Below, piece by piece: positions 55,401-64,000 of a stretch of 64,000 nt of DNA (its first letter is position 1; every line of letters starts with the position of its first letter). Position numbers and translations under genes: made by a program. The DNA is taken from NCBI GenBank assembly GCA_002269645.1, contig NIVC01000142.1, positions 1 to 64,000 on the forward strand, given 5' to 3'. The notes under the pieces were generated by a model, which did no database searches, was not told the DNA's origin, and worked only from the letters and a program-made list of their open reading frames with translations. Origin of the DNA: Macrostomum lignano (Eukaryota).

Positions 55401-57558
55401 TCTGGGAGGAACTGAGGATCTGGAAGGAACTGAGGATCTGGGAGGAACTGAGGATCTGGGAGGAAGTGAGGATCTGGGAGGCTGGCACAGCAACTGAGGA
55501 TCTGGGAGGCTGGCCCAGCAACTGAGGATCTGGGAGGCTGGCCCAGCAACTGGGGATACGGGAGGCTGGCCCAGTAACTGAGGATCTGGGAGGCTAGCCC
55601 AGTAACTGAGGATCTGGGAGGCTGGCCCAGTAACTGAGGATCTGGGAGGCTGGCCCAGCAACTGAGGATCTGGAAGGCTGGCCCAGCAACTGAGGATCTG
55701 GGAGGAACTTAGGATCTGGAAGGAACTGAGGATCTGGGAGGAACTGAGGATCTGGGAGGTTGGCCCAGCAACTGAGGATCTGGGAGGCTGGCCCAGCAAC
55801 TAGGGATCTGGGAGGCTGGCCCAGCAACTGAGGATCTGGGAGGCTGGCCCAGCAACTGGGGATACGGGAGGCTGGCCAAACAACTGAGGAGCTGGAAGGA
55901 ACTGAGGATCTGGGAGGAACTGAGGATCTGGGAGGCTGGCCCAGCAACTGAGGATCTGGGAGACTGGCACAGCAACTGAGGATCTGGGAGGCTGGCCCAG
56001 TAACTGAGGATCTGGGAGGCTGGCCCAGCAACTGAGGATCTGGTAGGTTGACCCAGCAACTGAGGATCTGGGAGGAACTGAGGATCTGGGAGGAACTGAG
56101 GATCTGGGAGGAACTGAGGATCTGGGAGGTTGGCCCAGCAACTGAGGATCTGGGAGGTTGGCCCAGCAACTGAGGATCTGGGAGGCTGGCCCAGCAACTG
56201 GGGATACGGGAGGCTGGCCCAGCAACTGAGGATCTGGGAGGTTGGCCCAGCAACTGGGGATACGGGAGGCTGGCCCAGGAGCTGAGAATCTCAAGAGGCT
56301 GCAGCTGAGAATCTGCATGGGGGAGGGTGACCCAGTAACAGCAGCCCCAGCCCGGAGCAATCACCTGTAGCAGTAGTACTGCCTGTATTCCACCACGGAC
56401 AGCAGCATGAGCATGCTCAGCTCGGCCAGACTATCCTTAGCCGTCGGCTTTCGCCCGTTGCCGCCGCCGTTGCTGCTCTGGCGCATCAGCTGGCGCGCGA
56501 ACTGCCGCACAAAGGTGGCGATCTCCCGGTAGGTCTGGCGCGTCGGGGCCGCAGCGGCAGCCAACGCGGAGTCTCCGGCAGCGGCGCTGGCCCGCCTGCG
56601 CTCGTCGTCGGCCCAGCAGCCGGCTAGAAAAAGCAGGCCGGCGTGCAGGAAGTGCCGCTTAGCGGAATCCGGCTGGGCAGATTTTATAGCCGCCTCCAGT
56701 TGCTGCTTGTGCGACTTGGCACGCCGCAACAGGGTCTCCAGCGGCGCCGAGCGCCACTGCCGCTCCAGTGCGGCCGCTCGACTGGCCTGGGCGCGATCGG
56801 TCAGCGCGGACAGCTGCTGTAGCTGGGCGGCCTCCGTGGCTGCTGCTGCTGGAACCGGCGGCACCGCGGCTGTCGGCCTGCTGGCTGGCTGCTGCTGCGG
56901 CTGCTGAGGCTGCTGCTGTTGAGTCTCCTCAGTCTGGACACCGAGGTCCCGACGTCGAAGCGAGCGCCTCTGATGTTTGGAGTGCCGGCTGTTGCCGATG
57001 GGAAGCAAAGCCAGCGGCACCCGCAGGTTCAGTCCGCCAGCGTGTGCGACTGCAACGACTCGCGTTTTGTTGGACTCTGACGTCGGATTAGGCGGCGGCG
57101 GAGTGTCGGACCGGCGACGCTTTCCAAGAATCGACTGGCTGGCCGGGTCTACGTCAAAAATTGACGAGATAATCGCTTTGCGTCGGTCTTGCAAGCTGCT
57201 AGCAGCTGCCGGTTGTTTCTCAGCCTCCTGGTCCAGCGGCTTCAGCGGCGCTTTGTCGAGGCTGCCAACCTGTTGGCGGATCTTCTTAAAATAGTTCAAA
57301 CACTTTCGAACTTCGTTCTCATCGTTGACGCCACCGCTGTAGTTTGGCGGGGTGGCCGTCAGGCCCACCCAGGCGCTGATGCTGCCGCTGACCGGGTCCT
57401 CGGAGCCGCCGACTCCGCCGAATCCGCCGTTGACGCGGCTGCCGCCTCCGCTGCCTCTGTCTGAGTCAGAGTCGCGCGAGTCATCGCCGCCACCGCCGCT
57501 GAAGCCGTCGCTATCCGAGTCCCTGCGGTATTGATTTGTTTCACTGCGGTCTTTCTCT
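52420..57558 (-). CDS. AF4/FMR2 family (AFF/lilliputian)-like transcription elongation scaffold, C-terminal homology domain; 5' end uncertain
   Basis: Large exon about 57558..56365 (cag|gtgatt, phase 2) spliced to 52702..52420 (aatcacag|c gca gcc atg). Ser/Asp/Gly-rich N-part, then RRAKSHK..., FLHAGLLFL.GC, TYREIATFVRQ, LSMLMLLSVVEYRQY, HLYHATETWAH and LSHLLAYLQAAADVL, paralleling the AFF CHD (EAKKLKH, YLDAVVSFIECG, MYSETVDLIKY, NFLYATEIWDQ, DLVRYTRQGLHWL). Confidence 0.7.
52703..54200. repeat. 68-bp near-perfect tandem array (about 17-18 copies) abutting the AFF-like terminal exon acceptor
   Basis: Identical ORF calls every 68 bp; interrupted once by a MITE at 53088-53384. Confidence 0.98.
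53088..53384. mobile_element. hAT-type MITE (297 bp) inserted in the 68-bp array
   Basis: TIR catacatgcgcaac / gttgcacatgtatg (13/14); exact 8-bp TSD agtggcag at 53080-53087 and 53385-53392, derived from the repeat unit. Confidence 0.92.
55068..56282 (-). repeat. 28-bp/17-bp compound minisatellite, same family as 48485-49262 but inverted
   Basis: caactgaggatctgggaggctggcccag is the reverse complement of ctgggccagcctcccagatcctcagttg. Confidence 0.95.
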
Positions 57559-57749
57559 CTTGCTTTTTTTTTAAATAAAAAAATGGCTAAGTAGCTGACG
57601 AGGCACTAGATTAATAGTTACCCCAGCATTCTACCCGAAATAATAGGTCGCCTCCTTGCTATATTTATTTGACAATTTCAGTCAAACTTATTGAACAAAA
57701 TTCCAGATCATTATTTCGGATTATTAGAGTGGCCAGATTATAAGAGGCT

Positions 57750-59295
57750 GTTGGATTATCAATGCCTATTGGATTATCAGTGTCTATTGGATTATCAATG
57801 CCTATTGGATTATCAGAGCCTATTGTATTATCAATGCCTATTGGATTATCAGTGTCTATTGGATTATCAATGCCTATTGGATTATCAGTGTCTATTGGAT
57901 TATCAATGCCTATTGGATTATCAGAGCCTATTGTATTATCAATGCCTATTGGATTATCAGTGTCTATTGGATTATCAATGCCTATTGGATTATCAGTGTC
58001 TATTGGATTATCAATGCCTATTGGATTATCAGAGCCTATTGGATTATCAATGCCTATTGGATTATCAAACCCTGTGGGATTATCAAATCTTGTGGGATTA
58101 TCAAATCCTGTGGGATTATCAAATCCTGTGGGATTATCAAATCCTGTGGGATTATCAAATCCTGTGGGATTATCAAATCCTGTGGGATTATCAAATCCTG
58201 TGGGATTATCAAATCCTGTGGGATTATCAAATCCTGTGGGATCATCAAACCCTGTGGGATTATCAAATCCTGTGGGATTATCAAATCCTGTGGGATTATA
58301 AAATCCTGTGGGATTATCAAATCCTGTGGGATTATCAAATCCTGTGGGATTATCAAACCCTGTGGGATTATCAAATCCTGTGGGATTATCTAATCCTGTG
58401 GGATTATCAAATCCTGTGGGATTATCAAATCCTGTGGGATTATCAAATCCTGTGGGATTATCAAATCCTGTGGGATTATCAAATCCTGTGGGATTATCAA
58501 ATCCTGTGGGATTATCAAATCCTGTGGGATTATCAAATCCTGTGGGATTATCAAATCCTGTGGGATTATCAAATCCTGTGGGATTATCAAATCCTGTGGG
58601 ATTATCAAATCCTGTGGGATTATCAAATCCTGTGGGATTATCAAATCCTGTGGGATTATCAAATCCTGTGGGATTATCAAATCCTGTGGGATTATCAAAT
58701 CCTGTGGGATTATCAAATCCTGTGGGATTATCAAATCCTGTGGGATTATCAAATCCTGTGGGATTATCAAATCCTGTGGGATTATCAAATCCTGTGGGAT
58801 TATCAAATCCTGTGGGATTATCAAATCCTGTGGGATTATCAAATCCTGTGGGATTATCAAATCCTGTGGGATTATCAAATCCTGTGGGATTATCAAATCC
58901 TGTGGGATTATCAAATCCTGTGGGATTATCAAATCCTGTGGGATTATCAAATCCTGTGGGATTATCAAATCCTGTGGGATTATCAAATCCTGTGGGATTA
59001 TCAAATCCTGTGGGATTATCAAATCCTGTGGGATTATCAAATCCTGTGGGATTATCAAATCCTGTGGGATTATCAAATCCTGTGGGATTATCAAATCCTG
59101 TGGGATTATCAAATCCTGTGGGATTATCAAATCCTGTGGGATTATCAAATCCTGTGGGATTATTAAACTCTGTGGGATTATCAAATCCTATGGAATTATC
59201 AAACCCTGTGGGATTATCAGAGCCAATTGGATTATCAGAGCCTGTCGGATTATCAAAACCTGTTGGATTATCAGAGCCAATTGAATTATCAGAGC
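57750..59295. repeat. 18-bp minisatellite (ggattatcaaatcctgtg)n with diverged flanking variants
   Basis: Direct reading; homogeneous core at about 58390-59160. Confidence 0.98.
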
Positions 59296-59959
59296 CAGAC
59301 TATTTGAGGGTACTTTACAAAGCGAAACGATTAATTTCCAGGTAAAAACCACGGTCGAGTCTGACTGTCCACCCGCCCGCACGCGTTCGCCCCTCGCCCC
59401 CTCCCCCTGCCCTGCCTCTCATTCCAGCCGCGCGCTAGCAGTGAAAACGTGCTGGACAGACTGCGTGCAATGCGCAGACAGGCAGGTAGTTTAGAAATGC
59501 ATTTGCGCGCGCAAATTGGACACAGAAGTAGCTAGCTAGCTGAGAGCAAACTCGCGCGCACGCAAGCTTCGAGAAATAAACATTTTAAAGAGTGACTGCC
59601 GCTTGCCAGCAGATGTAAGAAAAAAGAATATGCGTAAGCACTAACAAGTAGAATTAATCTACATAAATTGAGTTCATTGCCAGTAAAAACTGACAACATC
59701 TTCACTGCATTATAGTGCACACCGTGCTATCCTCATTCGCTTTGCTCATTTCAGTTTCATGAGACGCATGTTCGTACTCTTAGCCTTTACTCAGCGGTAA
59801 ACAGCCTGCCCCATTCGGCCTTCAACTTTTTGCAATTTTTAGCAAGCCATTATTGCAATCTAGTCCCCTCAAGTCCATGCAGCATGCGCCTATTTATGTC
59901 ACTTACACTGCCTGCGTCAGCGCAATTCCATGGTCCTTGCGTTTTTATCTTCTCTTTTC

Positions 59960-61400
59960 TCATCTCCTCCTCTCCTCTTTTCTTATCTCCCTTCATCTAT
60001 CTCTTCTCCTTTTTCCTTTCTTCTCTCTTCTCAACCCTATTCTCAACCCTTATCTCTGCCTTGCTCCTCTCCTCTTCTCTCCTTTCCTCACCTCTCCTCT
60101 CCACTTCTCTCCTCTCCACTACTCTCCTCTTTTCTCATATCCTCTCCACTCCTTTCCTCTCCACTTCTCTCCTCTCCACTACTCTCCTCTTTTCTCATAT
60201 CCTCTCCTCTCCTCTCCTCTTCTCTCCTTTCCTCACCTCTCCTCTCCACTTCTCTCCTCTCCACTACTCTCCTCTTTTCCTCTTCACTCCTTTCCTCTCC
60301 ACTCCTTTCCTCTTCACTCCTTTCCTCTCCACTTCTTTCCTCTCCACTCCTTTCCTCTCCACTTCTTTCCTCTCCACTCCTTTCCTCTTCACTCCTTTCC
60401 TCTCCACTTCTTTCCTCTCTACTCCTTTCCTCTCCACTCCTTTCCTCTCCACTCCTCTTCCCTTCACTCCTTTCCTCTCCACTTCTTTCCTCTCCACTTC
60501 TTTCCTCTCCACTCCTCTTCCCTCCACTTCTTTCCTCTCCACTTCTTTCCTCTCCACTCCTCTTCCCTTCACTCCTTTCCTCTTCACTCCTTTCCTCTTC
60601 ACTCCTTTCCTCTCCACTTCTTTCCTCTCCACTTCTTTCCTCTCCACTCCTTTCCTCTTCACTCCTTTCCTCTCCACTTCTTTCCTCTCCACTCCTTTCC
60701 TCTCCACTCCTTTCCTCTCCACTCCTCTTCCCTTCACTCCTTTCCTCTCCACTTCTTTCCTCTCCACTTCTTTCCTCTCCACTCCTCTTCCCTCCACTTC
60801 TTTCCTCTCCACTTCTTTCCTCTCCACTCCTCTTCCCTTCACTCCTTTCCTCTTCACTCCTTTCCTCTTCACTCCTTTCCTCTTCACTCCTTTCCTCTCC
60901 ACTTCTTTCCTCTCCACTTCTTTCCTCTCCACTCCTTTCCTCTTCACTCCTTTCCTCTCCACTTCTTTCCTCTCCACTCCTTTCCTCTCCACTCCTTTCC
61001 TCTCCACTCCTCTTCCCTTCACTCCTTTCCTCTCCACTTCTTTCCTCTCCACTCCTTTCCTCTCCACTCCTCTTCCCTTCACTCCTTTCCTCTCCACTTC
61101 TTTCCTCTCCACTTCTTTCCTCTCCACTCCTTTCCTCTCCACTCCTCTTCCCTCCACTTCTTTCCTCTCCACTCCTTTCCTCTCCACTCCTTTCCTCTCC
61201 ACTTCTTTCCTCTCCACTTCTTTCCTCTCCACTTCTTTCCTCTCCACTTCTTTCCTCTCCACTTCTTTCCTCTCCACTTCTTTCCTCTCCACTTCTTTCC
61301 TCTTCACTCCTTTCCTCTCCACTCCTCTTCCCTCCACTCCACTCCTCTCATTTTTTCTTATCTCTGCTCCGCTTTCTCTTCTCTTCTCATCTAGTCATCT
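59960..61400. repeat. Polypyrimidine (CT-rich) 15-bp-based satellite (cctttcctctccact)n
   Basis: Direct reading. Confidence 0.96.
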
Positions 61401-61879
61401 CATCTCCACGCCACTCCTCTCCACAATTTAGTCAAACTGATGCTGCTAATCACTGTTACCGGATTCTATAACTGACCAGTGGGGAGAGGGACTCCATTTA
61501 GTCAATATGCGAAACCATACAGGGAGTGCAGGGAGTACAGGCTCCCGGCTTTTATTACTCCGTTTTTGTTCAATTAAAAAGCCAATGTGTAAGGCTGAAG
61601 CATAGCCTGAAGCATCCAATCAAGCCTGCTTCAAGTCGTGCTTCGCAAAATATGAAGTTAAGCTTATTTAGATTATAACAAACCACTCGACTGTGCTATA
61701 AAACCAGATCATGCGGTTAGGCTGAAGGAAATTGTTACAAAAATTACTTAATTAATGCAACACTAATTCCCATTTCTCTGTCTTAAGCTTAACCTTCAAA
61801 GTTGACCGAAACTGTACCGAAAGTGTACGCAATTGAAGACGACTATAGGTATACACATAATGGGAATCTTCAAGCACCT

Positions 61880-63095
61880 GATCAAGCTTTTAGCATAGCC
61901 TGAAGCACCCAATCAAGCCTGAAGCATCCGATCAAGCCTGAAGCATAGCCTGAAGCATCCGATCAAGCCTGAAGCATAGCCTGAAGCATCCGATCAAGCC
62001 TGAAGCATAGCCTGAAGCATCCAATCAAGCCTGAAGCATAGCCTGAAGCATCCGATCAAGCCTGAAGCATAGCCTGAAGCATCCGATCAAGCCTGAAGCA
62101 TTGGCCTGAAGCATCCGATCAAGCCTGAAGCATAGCCTAAAGCACCCGATCAAGCCTGAAGCATAGCCTAAAGCATCCGATCAAGCCTGAAGCATCCGAT
62201 CAAGCCTGAAGCATAGCCTGAATCATCCAATCAAGCCTGAAGCATTGGCCTGAAGCATACGATCAAGCCTGAAACATAGCCTAAAGCACCCGATCAAGCC
62301 TGAAGCATAGCCTAAAGCACCCAATCAAGCCTGAAGCATAGCCTAAAGCACTCAATCAAGCCTGAAGCATAGCCTAAAGCACCCAATCAAGCCTGAAGCA
62401 TAGCTTGAAGCACCAAATCAAGTCTGAAGCATAGCCTGAAGCATCCGATCAAGCCTGAAGCATTAGCCTGAAGCATCCAATCAAGCCTGAAGCATAGCCT
62501 AAAGCATCCGATCAAGCCTGAAGCATAGCCTGAAGCATCCAATCAAGCCTGAAGCATAGCCTGAAGCATCCGATCAAGCCTGAAGCATCTGATCAAGCCT
62601 GAAGCATAGCCTAAAGCATCTGATCAAGCCTGAAGCATAGCCTAAAGCATCCGATCAAGCCTGAAGCATAGCCTAAAGCATCCAATCAAGCCTGAAGCAT
62701 AGCCTGAAGCATCCAATCAAGCCTGAAGCATAGCCTAAAGCATCCGATCAAGCCTGAAGCATAGCCTGAAGCATCCAATCAAGCCTGAAGCATAGCCTAA
62801 AGCATCCGATCAAGCCTGAAGCATAGCCTGAAGCATCCAATCAAGCCTGAAGCATAGCCTGAAGCATCCGATCAAGCCTGAAGCATCTGATCAAGCCTGA
62901 AGCATAGCCTAAAGCATCTGATCAAGCCTGAAGCATAGCCTAAAGCATCTGATCAAGCCTGAAGCATAGCCTAAAGCATCCAATCAAGCCTGAAGCATAG
63001 CCTAAAGCATCCGATCAAGCCTGAAGCATAGCCTGAAGTATCCAATCAAGCTTGAAGCATGCAATCAACCTTGAAGCACCCAATCAAGCCTGAAG
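61880..63095. repeat. About 31-bp minisatellite (aagcctgaagcatagcctgaagcatccgatc)n
   Basis: Direct reading; an isolated partial copy also occurs at about 61590-61630. Confidence 0.96.
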
Positions 63096-63802
63096 CACCT
63101 AATTAATCTTTCCATATGACTTGAAGAATTTGAATAATTGAGTTATATAGTTATGATTCTATAGCATTTTAGATACAAGCAATGTTTCTGACCAATTGTC
63201 TAAAGAGAAATGGTTATATATAAAAAACTATTCAACATCTATAGTCTACTGAACTCTTCATTACACTAAAACCTCACAGAACAACAGAAAATGCAACTCA
63301 AAACCTTACATGTTACTGAACAGGGGCGAATGCATCAGATCAGTAGCCATGTTGAAGCTTTGAGGCAATCAGCTCAAGGCTTTTGCAGCAGCCCCAGGAC
63401 TGAAGAAAGTCTGTCACTAAGGATTACAGCAGGCAGTTTCTGGTGTTGCTAAATTAGTTTAAGTCAAAACAATAGTGCATGAAAGTTTATAACAATTGCA
63501 TTATAAAGTAAAAATTTAAAAAATAAAGTTATAGCATTAAACTTAACTTTAATTTTTTTAAATGGAAAAACAAACAAAATTTATGTCTACATGTTTATAA
63601 GTAGTACATTGCAAAGAAAGAATATATTTAATAAAAAAGAAATTACAACTAAAATATATTTTTCAATTTTACAAAAATTGAAAAGACAACTGATTTTGTT
63701 ATTTCGAAGCATATACAATAATAATGTCAATAAATGTTCAATATTAAATGTAAATTGATACATATATAGATAGGGTATATGCTATTCTATATCCTCTTTG
63801 CT

Positions 63803-63809
63803 AAAAAGG

Positions 63810-63852
<43 letters not shown>

Positions 63853-63855
63853 TAT
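63803..63855. repeat. (TA)n microsatellite
   Basis: Direct reading. Confidence 0.9.
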
Positions 63856-64000
63856 GTTAAAATATATTAAAGACTTACAATAATATTATCTTTTCAAAAA
63901 TCAATGACCATATTGATACTACAACAAGATCACTTAGGTGATAAGGTGAACAACCTTGTTTTAAAAAACTTTTAATTCAACTATATTTTGTATTTTATAT

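Noticed and set aside
57691-61471. ORFs of 345-533 aa (YQILWD, GLSNPV, FLSTP repeats)
   Set aside because: Products of the 18-bp and CT-rich satellites.

Overview
Eukaryotic (metazoan) genomic DNA with spliceosomal GT-AG introns. GC-rich exons sit among AT-rich tracts and very dense micro- and minisatellites. This style is consistent with the flatworm Macrostomum lignano, which is an inference and not proven from the sequence. Supported genes: a spliced synaptotagmin-15-like gene (+, about 1276/1913-7924); an intronless type-I membrane protein with a cadherin-like segment (-, 9310-10506); a two-exon GPR19-like GPCR (+, 14469-16231); a small orphan acidic protein (-, 19355-19720); an intronless METTL24-like protein with two tandem methyltransferase domains (-, 28660-30462); four-exon EDC3 (+, 38629-42634); MED9 (+, 49413-49736) overlapping GEMIN6 (+, 49720-50298); and an AF4/FMR2 (AFF/lilliputian)-like gene (-, about 57558-52420). 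Mobile DNA includes a full-length tRNA-derived CORE-type SINE with a 13-bp TSD plus a second copy, two hAT MITEs with exact 8-bp TSDs, a TA-flanked foldback MITE and a mariner relic. The most notable observation is the MED9/GEMIN6 pair: same strand, stop and start overlapping, no ATG in any frame between the two starts, and a poly(A) signal only after GEMIN6. This is the signature of a bicistronic mRNA, possibly part of an EDC3-MED9-GEMIN6 operon. Also notable: a 68-bp array that copies the AFF terminal 3' splice site about 17 times, and possible kinase-like and death-domain-like relics. All homology calls come from recalled family motifs; no database search was run.
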